Positions 37,603 through 48,900 of a stretch of DNA of 64,000 nt are shown piece after piece (within the stretch, counting starts at the first letter, position 1; every line of letters starts with the position of its first letter). Source of the DNA: Candidatus Omnitrophota bacterium (GTDB taxonomy: Bacteria; Omnitrophota; Gorgyraeia; Zapsychrales; Fredricksoniimonadaceae); the NCBI GenBank assembly GCA_903901225.1, contig CAIUQE010000011.1, positions 1,453 through 65,452 of the forward strand, given 5' to 3'. The position numbers and the translations under genes were made by a program. The notes beneath the pieces are model-generated. The model had not been told where the DNA came from. It saw only the letters and a program-made list of their open reading frames with translations, and searched no databases.

Positions 37603-38888
37603 TTCTTTTGCCGCGCCATCTGGCGGGCCTTGACGGCCTGCACGTCCCGCGCGACCTGTTCCGGTTCTTTCTCGCCGATAATAATCGCCTGGATACCCTT
37701 GTCGAACGTTTCGATAACGAGCGGGTCCTCGTTCAATTCCCAGACAGCGGGATGCGTCGCGTTCTCCATGGCTTTCAGAAAATCCCCGAGGATACGGGAT
37801 ACGCCGGCATTGACTTCGCAATTTGAAGGCAGATTATTGGTTTGCGCCGAGAGATATACTTGCTGAGGGGCTGCGGTCAACCAGCGCAGGAAGGCCACGG
37901 CCTTATCCCTGTTGGCCGATCTGTTATTGACAACAAAAGAAGACCCGGCCCCTCCCCAAACGCGCATCGGCGTCGCGGGCTTTATCGCGGGCAGCGGCAT
38001 GACGCCGAAATCAAGGTTCGGGTTCATGCTCTTGTAAATATTGACAGCCCACGAACCGTCAAAAGAAAAAGCGGCGCGTTCCAGCGCGAAATCCTGCTCC
38101 GCGTACTTGTTGCCTTTGGTCACGATGCCTTCGATGAACGCCTTGCGGCCGGCAAGGGTCTTGAACACGTTGAATACGGCGACCCACTCCGGGTCCGTGT
38201 AGGGGACCTCACCTCTGAACGTCGCCATGATCTTGGGCTCGCCCAGGATATTAAAGGCGTAATTGGACGCGAAACAATCGACGATCCACATTTCACCGAA
38301 GCCCGTCACCAGCGGCGAGATCCCCACGCGCCGGAGCGCGTCAACGTCTTTCAGGAGATCCTCGAAGGTGGCCGGAGGCCGGACAATGCCGGCTTTCTTC
38401 AGAAGGGCGCGGTTATAGATCAACTGGACATTGGAAACATCGATCGGCACCCCGTAAATGCCGGCAGGGACCTGGTAAACATTGCTCGCGGTGAAACGGT
38501 TGTTGTCGACCGCCTTAACGGAAAGGCTTTTTTCCCAGGCGCCGCCATCAGCCCGGAACGCCGGGGCCAGGTCCATCACATAGCCCTCTTTTATAAAAGA
38601 AGCGACAATAGCCCTTTTGTCAAGGATGCCGAAAATGTCCGGCAGGACACCGGCCTGGGCCGCGGCAAGGACTTTCTGAGTATAGGCGTCGGAAGGGGCG
38701 AAAAGGACAAGCTTGACCTTGATCCCGGTCTGCTGTTCATATTTTCCGGCAAGGGCCTCGAGCGCGTCCTGACGGTCCGTCATCCAGTGCCAGACCTCGA
38801 TCTCGTTGGCCGGCGCCTTCGCCGGCCCGCATCCAAAGGAGGCGAAAGCCAGGAACGCGCAACAGGCCAGGAAACCGATTTTTTTCAT
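37599..38888 (-). CDS. Extracellular solute-binding protein (sugar ABC transporter, family 1)
   Basis: The 429-aa product has a lipoprotein-type signal (LAFASFGCG) and a family-1 sugar-binding-protein-like fold pattern. Confidence 0.8.
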   Translation of the reverse strand: MKKIGFLACCAFLAFASFGCGPAKAPANEIEVWHWMTDRQDALEALAGKYEQQTGIKVKLVLFAPSDAYTQKVLAAAQAGVLPDIFGILDKRAIVASFIKEGYVMDLAPAFRADGGAWEKSLSVKAVDNNRFTASNVYQVPAGIYGVPIDVSNVQLIYNRALLKKAGIVRPPATFEDLLKDVDALRRVGISPLVTGFGEMWIVDCFASNYAFNILGEPKIMATFRGEVPYTDPEWVAVFNVFKTLAGRKAFIEGIVTKGNKYAEQDFALERAAFSFDGSWAVNIYKSMNPNLDFGVMPLPAIKPATPMRVWGGAGSSFVVNNRSANRDKAVAFLRWLTAAPQQVYLSAQTNNLPSNCEVNAGVSRILGDFLKAMENATHPAVWELNEDPLVIETFDKGIQAIIIGEKEPEQVARDVQAVKARQMARQKK

Positions 38889-38904
38889 GCATTTTCCTTA
38901 TTGA

Positions 38905-41607
38905 TCACGCGCCCAAAGTGACCTTGAACTCCACCTTCGACGTCGCATCGCCGAAAAATGAAAGCGGTATCCTAGCTTCTTTGCCGGGACCGGATATAAA
39001 GTTCCTGCCCTGCGCTTCCACGGACATGACCCTGTAGGCACCGGCATCAAGCCTGTCGGGATTGGCGTAAACCACATCAACCCCGCGCCCGGCGAACTGC
39101 AGGCACACCTTCGCCCGCCCGGCGGCGTCAAATTCCTCGCGCACAAGCTGTGGCGCGAGCACAAGGTCGCCCGCCTGCCCGCGCACGCCATAAGCCTGGG
39201 TCAAAAGGGTCAGGACATACCAGCTGGCCGATCCCGTTAGGAAATGGTACATGCCCCGGCCCGCGGGATCAAAATATTCCGGGACGCCCGGATAGATCTC
39301 GGCGCGCTGGGGATGGACGCTCATCGCGTAAAGGGAGCGCAGGACCTCGTGCCCTTCACGCGCCAGACCCTGGACATAAAGCGCGTACGCGTACATGACG
39401 CACATATGGCTAAACACGGCGCCGTTCTCCTTGGTGCCGAACGCGAAGCCGAACGCGCGCCCCATGGCCAGATTATGCCGTAACCCGAGGTCCGTATTCA
39501 GACGATAACCTCCCAGCGCTTCATCTTTGAGGAATTTCCCCACCGCCCTGGCCACCGCGCGCGCCTCATCGACGGAAGCGACCCTGTTCATCAGAGGGAA
39601 CACCTGCCCGGTCAGCGTCATCCATATCCGGCCGTCCTTGAGCCCCTCGAAACGCTCGCCATTGTTGTCGTAATACCCGTTGAACCAGGTGTACGACTCA
39701 CCGTCGCGCGCCACCGTGACCTTTTCACGCGTCCGGATATGCGCCAGCACCCACGCGCCTTTTTTGCGAAGATCGGCGATGACGGCGGCCACGTCAAATG
39801 CCACAATCTCGCCGGAAAGTTCAGGCTGGACCGCCTTGAAATATTCATCGAAAAGCCTGCGGCGTTTGGCCCCGGCGTCGTCATAATCAACGGGTTTTCC
39901 CAGGGTATCCAGCAACAAGCCCAGTTCCCTGGCCAACGTGAGCGTGCCAAGGCCCTTCGCGGCCGCCAGGCGCTCCAGGAGCGCGGCAATGGCCAGCATG
40001 TTCCCGCCGTAGAACGACATGAACGCGACGCTTTCGCCGCGCTTGAACGCCATGTCCAGCCCGTCATTCCAGTCGGCACTCTCCAGCCGCGTGATATTGT
40101 GCTCACCCACATTATAGAACTGAACGAGATGCTGGATCAGGATATGTTCGAGGACGCTGCCGCGATAAATGTTGCCTTTTTTATCCTTGAGCTGATTGCC
40201 GCTGGCCGGCGTCCAGCCCGTGTCGCGCGCCGTGCCGCGGGCCATCTGCGGGTCGCTGAAATACGGCACCGGCTCGAACAGGAACGCGTCATCGCCCGTC
40301 TGGTCGACGTAAAGCATTGTTGTCAAAAAGGGCCACACGCCATGGTCCATCCACACGCGCGTGATGGCGTTACGGTCCGCGATGAATTCCCCGGGCTTCT
40401 GCCCGATGATGGTGGCATTCGCCCCGTCGACGCGGACTCCCGCGAAATTGTTGAGCAAGTCACCCCTGACGCGCCCCGGCTCAATGAGGATGAGCGACAA
40501 GAGGTCCTGCCAGATATCGCGCCAACCCTTGCCCCCCTTGCCGTAATCATGGTCCGGCAGGAAAGAACACCCGAAGATCCGGCGCAGGACGGGCTGGAGG
40601 GTCACCCAGCGCATCCACGCGTCGAAATCCGCGTCGGCCGTATGGAAAGTTATGGCGGACGTCTTCCCGGCCCAGAAAGCGCTGTTGGCCTTGAGCGCCG
40701 CGTCGAACTTTTCCGGCGTGTCAAATTGCCCAAAAGCCGCCGCGCACCCCTGCGCGTGCGCGCCCATGCCGATCGCGACAATAAATTCCTTTACCGCGCC
40801 GGGTGCCAGGGTCGTGTCGGCAAACCGCAACGCTCCGACCGCCTCCTGCCCCTGGCGTTCAACTTCGGACAAAAGCCGCGGCGCGCGGCCATCAACAACG
40901 GCCTGGGGCCGTAGCCAGCCGCCATGACTGCCGAAGAATGCCTCACACGTCGGAAATGTCCCGACGGGAGCTTTGCCGCCGTCATCGATCCCGAGCACAA
41001 AATACACATCCGCGCACACCTTGTGCCCTTCTTCATTGAAGCGCATCGTAGGTTCAAGCAAGACACCTTGCGGCACCTGCGTCACGCGGTTCAACAGGGC
41101 CGTCACATGCTCATGGTCATGCTTGTTGGCCAGGGCGCGCCCGAAGATCGGAATGGCCGCCACCGGCGTAACCGTAACTTTCTCGTTCGAAATATTGCGC
41201 ACGGAAAAACGCGTCAGCTCCAGCGTGCCGTTGTCAACGGGAATAAAACTCAAGGCGGATAATTCAAGGCCGATACGGCTGAAGCGGCGCGTCACCTTGT
41301 GCCATAGCTGGCCCACTTCCACGGAAGGCGCCGGAACATCCTGGTCGGCCATGGACACGACCCCCCGGCCTTCGACGCGCGCGAAAAAGTTACGCGCCGC
41401 GCCGCGCAGGTCTTCGCGCGAAACAGGCTTCGTCAGGTAATGGTCCTTATCGGTCTTGATATCGCCGGAAAGATAAGGCGTGATGGAAGACTTGACGGTC
41501 GTCCCGTCAACCCCGCACAAAGGCGCGTAAAGAAAACAGCTTGCGGCGCCGGGCACGCGGAACGAGCTTCCGTCAGGAAGGAATTCATAAAACTTAGCTG
41601 CTGGCAT
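38905..41607 (-). CDS. Intracellular GH94-like glycoside phosphorylase, (alpha/alpha)6-barrel (cellobiose/chitobiose-phosphorylase-like)
   Basis: The 900-aa product has no signal peptide. It has an ADWNDGLD motif, consistent with the catalytic-Asp motif of GH94-type phosphorylases, and a length typical of the family. I cannot separate GH94 from GH65-like by eye. Confidence 0.5.
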   Translation of the reverse strand: MPAAKFYEFLPDGSSFRVPGAASCFLYAPLCGVDGTTVKSSITPYLSGDIKTDKDHYLTKPVSREDLRGAARNFFARVEGRGVVSMADQDVPAPSVEVGQLWHKVTRRFSRIGLELSALSFIPVDNGTLELTRFSVRNISNEKVTVTPVAAIPIFGRALANKHDHEHVTALLNRVTQVPQGVLLEPTMRFNEEGHKVCADVYFVLGIDDGGKAPVGTFPTCEAFFGSHGGWLRPQAVVDGRAPRLLSEVERQGQEAVGALRFADTTLAPGAVKEFIVAIGMGAHAQGCAAAFGQFDTPEKFDAALKANSAFWAGKTSAITFHTADADFDAWMRWVTLQPVLRRIFGCSFLPDHDYGKGGKGWRDIWQDLLSLILIEPGRVRGDLLNNFAGVRVDGANATIIGQKPGEFIADRNAITRVWMDHGVWPFLTTMLYVDQTGDDAFLFEPVPYFSDPQMARGTARDTGWTPASGNQLKDKKGNIYRGSVLEHILIQHLVQFYNVGEHNITRLESADWNDGLDMAFKRGESVAFMSFYGGNMLAIAALLERLAAAKGLGTLTLARELGLLLDTLGKPVDYDDAGAKRRRLFDEYFKAVQPELSGEIVAFDVAAVIADLRKKGAWVLAHIRTREKVTVARDGESYTWFNGYYDNNGERFEGLKDGRIWMTLTGQVFPLMNRVASVDEARAVARAVGKFLKDEALGGYRLNTDLGLRHNLAMGRAFGFAFGTKENGAVFSHMCVMYAYALYVQGLAREGHEVLRSLYAMSVHPQRAEIYPGVPEYFDPAGRGMYHFLTGSASWYVLTLLTQAYGVRGQAGDLVLAPQLVREEFDAAGRAKVCLQFAGRGVDVVYANPDRLDAGAYRVMSVEAQGRNFISGPGKEARIPLSFFGDATSKVEFKVTLGA

Positions 41608-41657
41608 ACGCGCTCCGAGATCCAGGTCTTTCCAGGGGGATCAATACGGAAGAAAGC

Positions 41658-42032
41658 TCACGTGAAGGGGGCTTCAACCTCATGGGCGAACTTGACCAAA
41701 CGGTGCATTTTCATCAACTCGACCTTGTGGAACTCCATCCCGACATCCCACAGTGAACCCGCGCGGCTTCTCGACCAGCGCACCCGTCCGCTGAACTGCA
41801 GCGGCGCGCACCCGTCGGGAGCCTTGACATTGATCGAAATATTATCATCCACAAGAAAACGCTCATTGGTGAACAAGCGGGCACCCGACGCTGAACAATC
41901 TTTCATTTCAACTTCGGTACCGTAATCCGCGGGAGAGTTTTTGAATTTTGTGGGCCACTGGGCTGAAAAACGCTGAAACGTGCGAAGGTCGCTGATTCGA
42001 TTTTTGCCGGTGGGATTGTCACGCGCTTCCAT
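41658..42032 (-). CDS. PilZ-domain (c-di-GMP-binding) protein
   Basis: The 124-aa product has an RxxxR-like segment (NRISDLRTFQRF) and a DxSxSG motif (DCSASGARLF). An AAGGAA Shine-Dalgarno sequence lies upstream. Confidence 0.55.
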   Translation of the reverse strand: MEARDNPTGKNRISDLRTFQRFSAQWPTKFKNSPADYGTEVEMKDCSASGARLFTNERFLVDDNISINVKAPDGCAPLQFSGRVRWSRSRAGSLWDVGMEFHKVELMKMHRLVKFAHEVEAPFT

Positions 42033-42047
42033 AACAGTTCCTTTTGA

Positions 42048-42401
42048 TCAACCCTTCATTTCCTGATGCAAAAAACGCGTATTCAGCGCTGAATCAAGAT
42101 CCTCAAGCGAACCGTCGATAACATCCGCGAACGTGAGCCCGACGCGATACTGATCGGATTTCGGGATACGGCTCACCCATTTCACCTCACCCACCACAAG
42201 CACAGGTTCCGTATCCGGCTTCAACACCAGCTCAATGGCTACCTTCTCGTTCAACTTCGCGGGATGCTGCGAAACAAATCCAATGCCGTCACGGCTGAGA
42301 TCCACCGTTTTCGTATATGTGAAACCGGCGCCTTCTTTCCCATCAACAGGAACATAACAATCGAACCGTCTGGATTTTCTTTTGTTAGCTGGATTTTCCA
42401 T
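42048..42401 (-). CDS. PilZ-domain (c-di-GMP-binding) protein
   Basis: The 117-aa product has RR (KSRRFD) and DxSxxG (DLSRDGIGF) motifs. It is the first gene downstream of the AT-rich 42.4-42.9 kb region. Confidence 0.7.
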   Translation of the reverse strand: MENPANKRKSRRFDCYVPVDGKEGAGFTYTKTVDLSRDGIGFVSQHPAKLNEKVAIELVLKPDTEPVLVVGEVKWVSRIPKSDQYRVGLTFADVIDGSLEDLDSALNTRFLHQEMKG

Positions 42402-42941
42402 AAACTTATCTTATTCCTGTTTTAAAAGTTTGCAAGGGTTTTTTCTATTTTTCAAAAACTTAAATCCATGCGACATAATGAGTTATGAAAATAAGCTGGA
42501 CTGTTTAGCAAAATCTTTATAAATATTTTCTTATCTTACTTTGATTAAACTTCTATTGAATATATATCTTATTGGCCAGAACTTCAATCATGCGTTAGCT
42601 TTACATCCCAGCTATTTTGCTTTCAATGCAAGTATAACACGAAAACGTTTTCCTTCAAGCGCCGGCAAAAAAAATGACGATTTTTTTCTGTACTCGCATC
42701 CCAGGTTGTATAATTATCCGAAAGCTCAAAGACGCCCATGGCTAACAAAAAAAAGACCGCGAAAATATCGTTTAAAGAATACCTGGCCCTGAAAAAGAAA
42801 GCGGCTGGCAAGAAATTCAGGCTGCACCTCTACCCGCTGCCCGTTCTTACGGCCCTGCTCCTCCCGCTCGCCGTATTCATCATCATGCTTTGCTATTACT
42901 ATCTTTCCGTAAAAAATTTTTCCGATTAAAAAATCTTTTTG
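42402..42941. promoter_or_regulatory. AT-rich 540-bp intergenic region, about 30-35% GC: the promoter region for the PilZ/carbohydrate operon and the 3' flank of the giant gene
   Basis: This is the most AT-rich stretch in the window and contains a TATAAT hexamer near 42702. Confidence 0.4.
42738..42929 (+). CDS. Possible small single-pass membrane protein
   Basis: The 63-aa product has a Lys-rich N-terminus (MANKKKTAKISFKEYLALKKKAAGKK) followed by one hydrophobic helix. A TATAAT lies about 30 nt upstream and there is no clear Shine-Dalgarno sequence. It is convergent with the giant gene. Confidence 0.2.
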   Translation: MANKKKTAKISFKEYLALKKKAAGKKFRLHLYPLPVLTALLLPLAVFIIMLCYYYLSVKNFSD

Positions 42942-45900
42942 TCACTGTTCCCCGCGCCCATGGCGTGCGTGAAGATCATTCCACAATAGATCACGCCACG
43001 CGCGATCAAAGACCACGCATGACTGCCCCGGTTTCTTATCCGTGCTCCGCCGCACATATTCAAAATGGCGCCTGTACATTTGCTCCTGCTGGGATATCAG
43101 TCCAAAAGCGCCGGCAGAGATCGACGCCCCATCCTTGCGAGGATAAATGAAATACTGGAATAAATGCACCATGACGATCGCAAGCTCTTCGGGCGGCGCG
43201 TTCAAAACAAACCAGTCGTCGACCCTGATGCTGCGCCCGGCCACATTGATTTCAGCCACCTGCCTGATACTGTCCGCGAGAGATCCGGCTTCGGCCAATT
43301 CTTCACCCGGCCCCACCTGAACCACAAAGTCAGGAAGGTCCTTTGCCGCTTCACCCAGCAACTCCTTGGCTTTACTGAGCGCCGCCTTTACCCGGTTCAA
43401 AGAGGAATTCCTTCCCCCGTTAGTGCTCTTCGCCGGCGCATTCCAGATCTTCGCGGGAAAGAACCGATCCCGGCCGGGATCAGGCAATTCCCGTGGATAC
43501 ACCATCATGACATTCGACCCGCAGCTGGCCAGATCCCCCGGCCGCGAACCTGGGATCACATAATGAAAAGAAGCACCAAAATTCTGGTGGATGTTCATCT
43601 GGAACCTGTCACCGACCACATTAAAATGGAACCAGGCATAATCTTCGAGTGAATCGAATTCACTCAATGCAAAATACCGCTTCACCTGTTCAGTGGCCAA
43701 TACCTCCCCCTCATTAAGGCGAAGGCCGAATTCCCGCACGAGCTTCAGCCTGTCGCGCGCGAATTTTTCACAAAACTCATTATCCTTATCCGAAAGGGAA
43801 AGGGCGAAAAATTTCTTGTAGTCCCCGAACGTTGGCAAGCCTTCATGCTCCCGGCTCGCCCAGATGCCAAAAGTGTCAATAACTTTACGGACATCCACTT
43901 TTCCATCAGGTTTCAGATAAGGCTCAACCCTGAATCCCGGATTGTTGAGAATATGCTCCATAAAAAATTCGGCGCGGCTGTAAGCAACGGGAGGCCGCCG
44001 GCCAGAGTCCATCGCCAGCTCATGGCTCGCGACGATCAGCCGCTTGGTCAACTCAAGGGTCCTGACGCAGTCATCGTTCCTGACGGCAATGATGGAATAA
44101 TCAAGGAGGAACTTCCGGCTCGCGGGGTCATGGCGCAGCGGAACATCATCGTAATGGTCAGGGATCTCCTCCACAAAACTCACGAACACGCCGGCCTTGA
44201 TGACACCGTCGACCCGCGCCACAAAAACATGATTGGGGACGCTGCCACGAACGGGGTCACCGAATATCCGCGCCCGGACGCTCTCGGGTAAAACATCAAT
44301 GCCGCACATGGCTTTCCAGGCGAAGACCTCCAGATCAACGATCTGCTGGACCTCCGGGTCATCCGGGCCAAAGGGCACAAATCTTGATATCGTCACAACA
44401 GGCCCTGGTTGAGATGTTCGCGGCCCGGGCGCATGTTCCAGGGGTTCTTTCATAACATCGCCGGCAAAAGCTTCGCTTTCCTCATGCGTCATGCCGAAAA
44501 TGGCCGCGGCTTCATGGATCAGCGTATAGCGCAGTTCGAAAGATGTTCGTTCATGTTCAGGATTGATAATGATGTAATGCAGGCCGTTAAAAGTGGCGTT
44601 AACGGCAAATATCTTTGTTTGAAAAGCGCGTTCAATTACGCGAAAGATCTTTTTGAGCCCCGGCGGCGCGTTGATGATGATGGCATGCTCGAGGATGTTT
44701 GCTTTTTCATGGCTGCGACGTTCTCTCAATGTCCGCGCCGACGCGTCCCGATCCTCGTCATATTCAAAAACTGCTTTGGCCGCCGCGATCTCCTGTTCAT
44801 GGGCAACGATCCCGGCGCGCAGTTCCGCTTCCCCACGGCGGGACAGTGGGGGGAAAGCATGGGCGGGATCACGTGCCGTGACAAGAGATCTCTGTGTATT
44901 CGCTGAAACATGATAACCAACGTAATACCCGTTAGCGCTTCCCAAAGCTTTATACGCGCCGGCCCTGTAACTGTGGCGGGGCACCAGGGTCAAAAGAGTC
45001 TCCCGCGTCTTCCCGTCATCCCCGCGGAACGTGACCCGGTAAACTTGATCACCATCAGCCCTGTGATCCCGGATGATCCTGTGAATGAATTCCCGCCGTG
45101 CCTGACCCCACGTGATGGCCATGACCTTAGGGCGAAAAGCTTCGGGTTTCCTTTTCCCGACATTGACACCGAACATCTTTGAAACACGCTTCAGCTCATT
45201 GCCCCGATAGGCCCTGACATCCAGGCGCTCCATATACATTTGCATCAACCGGCCCACAGCTCCCTGCGCGGTCTTGCTATCCACGCTCGCGCGCAACAGC
45301 GCATCTTCAAAAATACGCCTCTGATACCAGGAAATATTGGTTTCATCGGGCGCCAATGTCCTCCCGGCATAGCGGACCTCAACCTTCCCTGCTTCACCCG
45401 CGAAAGGGAAAGCCCGGTAACGGACCAACTGGCGGATATATTCACGGGTTTCATACGGCACATTCGCGCGCCAATACATCTTCAGGGGCGTTACCATCTC
45501 TTCCCCGGGAATGTAACGGCGCGCTTTATCGTCCGACAGGATATTGCGTTCTACCAGCTTGAACACCCGGTCCTTCTGAACCACAAGCTGGCCGTATCTT
45601 CTGTAAAGATCGTTGTCAGCTTCCATCAGGGAGCAGCGGGCCGTTTCAAGATCCCCCTGGGAAAAACTTTCCCGCGCAGCCTTCAGGGTTTCGCGCGACG
45701 CACCCTTCGTTGACTCCGTTTTCTCCGTGCCATTTTTCAGATACGCGATCATGTGATCCAGAATTTCCATCACACTGGCCAGCGACAAAACCGGCTTTTT
45801 ATCCGACGCGATAGATAAAAGAACGCGGATATCGTTCCGCAAGCCGGCAACAATGGCCTCTTCCTTCTGGACACTCTCAAGCTTATGGACCCATTGCCTC

Positions 45901-48900
45901 TGTTTCGGGTTCAATCCGAAAAGGTCCATGGCCGAAATATCCACGCGACCGGTCTTGGGGCTCATGACCGCCACATGCTGCGGCATTTTCTCCAGGAAAT
46001 TTGTGACAGCATCAGGCCGACGGTCCATGGCCTCGATCAATGTGGCCGCCGGATCCGGGTTCTGCCAGGTATTGATCAGAAACATTTTCCCGTCATTGGC
46101 CCCGTCAAAGACTTTCTTTGGATCTTGCGTCACGCGCAGATGCCCCGCCCGGATCAGGTCCATCAATTTCCAAAAACGGGCCTTGTCATTGCCGTGATAA
46201 TAGAGCACGACAACCTTGACCCAAGCCGGGAGGCTATCCATGGCCACCGGCGTGAACCCGCTGTACCTGATAAGGCCCATGTCCCGGACGTAATCGGCCT
46301 CCATTGCGTTGGCGGTCTCAACGGCAAAAACTTCACTCTGCTCATGCGTCATGCCGGAAATGGCCGCGGCTTCGTGGATCAGCGTGATAAGCCGCTGACG
46401 GCGTGTCAATGCATGATCAGGGTTAAAGATGATGTAATGCCGGCCGTTGAAGGTGGCGTTGACGGCGAAGATCTTGATCCGGAGGATGCGTTCAAACTCG
46501 CGCAAGACACTTTGCAATTCCGGCGGCGCGTTGATGATGATCACATGCCTGAGGATGTTCTTTTGTTCACAGTTGCGGCGTTCCGGCCACAAACGCATGG
46601 CCACATCCCTGTCAACGTCATACGCGTGAACCTCTTTGACCTTCAGGATCGGCTGCCGCTGCGCCACGATCTCGCCTTGCAAACGGCGCTCTTCGTCGGA
46701 AGATAACGGCCCCGTGGTGCGGGCGGGGTCTCTGTCAAACGTGACGGGTTTTGTATTTCTAAGAATATAATTAACCGTATCGCATTCTAAACGCAACGCA
46801 ATAAGCCCGCTCCTTATTCCTTCAGAAACGAAAGTCCGGCCTGTGGCTTGAACGACCTTTTTCAACCCGCACAACAGAACTTGTTTTTCTTCATCTGTCC
46901 CGGCTTTAGTGTAAACATCCATCAGGGCTTTGATATTTCCATCCGTGGCCATGGCCAAAGAACGGCGCGACATCACCGAACCCAGAGCCCAGGCGAAACA
47001 ACGGCGAGACAAAGGCCCTTCGGCATCAAACATCCGCGCCAAATACTGAGGGAACTCGCGGTCCAGCGGATATCCGGACAAAACGGCCGATCGCAGCAAT
47101 TCAAAGAAAAGATCTTCCCAGCGCGCGGCCTCAACTTCGGATAAATTCGACCTTTCCTTGAACGCTTCCAGGAAATAATAGAAAGTTTCAGGGAACTGCT
47201 CAACACAAGCGGCCAAATTGCTAACTGCCTTGTCAACTTCTTCTGTCGTCACGGAATTTGCCCATGCCGCCATCACCTCACTCCAGCGCCTTCGCGCCGA
47301 GCGGGCCCTTCCCGACAGATAGGACCTGGCCGTATTTGCCGCCTGCGTCGCCTGCCGGACGGCGTCTTCATAACCAACACCGCCAGCCGCCAGGATCCGG
47401 GATTCGTAAGCCAGCGAGGCGAATTGCTCCTCCCTGTTCCAGTTATGCGTCGGCGAAAGAATGATGAATTTCTTCCCGCTCCTGGTCGTGTGGTTCCATG
47501 AAAAAATAATGATATCTTCGGGGCGTACCCATGCCTGAGCATCTTCCTCAAACGCCGCCGTCGCCCAACGGACATCCGCCCGCACCAGCGCCAGCGCGTC
47601 AGCTTTGGATCCGCGCCGGTCCAGGAATTTCCGCAGCTGGCCTTTTTCCTTAGCCGGGAATTTCGGGAATTTGTCCATGACCTTTTCCCGGTCACCCAGA
47701 AAATCCTGCATGTCATCGCGCTCATTTGAACTTAACAATTTGCTGGCGCGAACCGGATCAGCGGATGACGCATTAAAGTCCCTCAACGACGTTGTCCTGC
47801 GGCTGTCCGCGGGATAAGGTTCCTGCGCTAACTTTCCCGCCACGACGCCAGCCACCAGCAGCAGTCCCATCCCCGCCAGGATGGCCGCGACGTGGGCCGG
47901 CGATGTCAGGGCCAGCAGCGCCGCCAGCGGCAATAGGCTGCACTGGATATTCCCGAATGACATTTCTGCCTCGTCGTCAAATTGACAACGTTCAAAACTG
48001 GCACCCGAAAAATTCGCCCCTTCCAGACAGGCTCCCCGGAAATCAACATCCTCGAATGTTGTTCCTCTGAAATCAGCATAACGGCAATCCGCACTGAAAA
48101 GATCGACCCCGGTCAAATATGCCCGGTTCATGCGCGCACGCACAAATGAGGCACGGGCAGCCTTCACATCTTTCATGCGAATGAACATCAATGAAGAATA
48201 GCTGAGGTTGGTTTTCACCAGTCTCACATCAACAAAATGAGCATCCTCAAGTTTGACACGCGACAAATCAGCTTCTTCCAATGTGATCTTTTCCAAAAAA
48301 GATCCGCTCAGGTCAACCCCGGACATGTTCCTCCCTCTGAATATCCCGGGGCACTTGTTACCGATCCATTGAAGCATATGCGCATTAAGTTCAGGCCTGT
48401 CGGCCTCAACGATGCGCCACGCATTCTTCTCAAAACCATTTCCTAGGAAACCAGCTTCATCGAAATGTGTAAAGATATAATTCCGGATAAAAGAAAAAGC
48501 TGTCTCATCCAGGTATGGCCTGTACAAATAAACACTGGCCCTTCCTGAAGCCAGCTTCCTGTATGTGACAATCAACCCCTCCAACATATTTTTATGCCCG
48601 GAATTAACACTTACACAAGGCGCATCAAGTACCAGGGCTGTTTTGCTACCGGAGAAACTATGAACAGATTTTACAAGGATAAGAACACAACCTTCGGGCT
48701 TATCCCAAACAACAGGCAGCCCGGCCCCATGGCATTGCCCTGAAGCCGGATAAAGATCAATGCTGGCTACCGGCACTTTGACCAGCGCAATATCCTTCTG
48801 ATAGCACGCTTTAAGGAACTGGTCCTCCGCATCAGAACAAACGGGACTTACGATCCGGCCCGGGGTCGCAAGGATCGAGAGCTGCGGCACATTTATTCCA

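Noticed and set aside
42402-42560. Sigma-54 style -24/-12 elements (TGGCAC-N5-TTGC) sought near TTGCAAGG in the PilZ operon promoter region.
   Set aside because: There is no GG dinucleotide at the required -24 position on either strand, so there is only a partial match to the -12 element.
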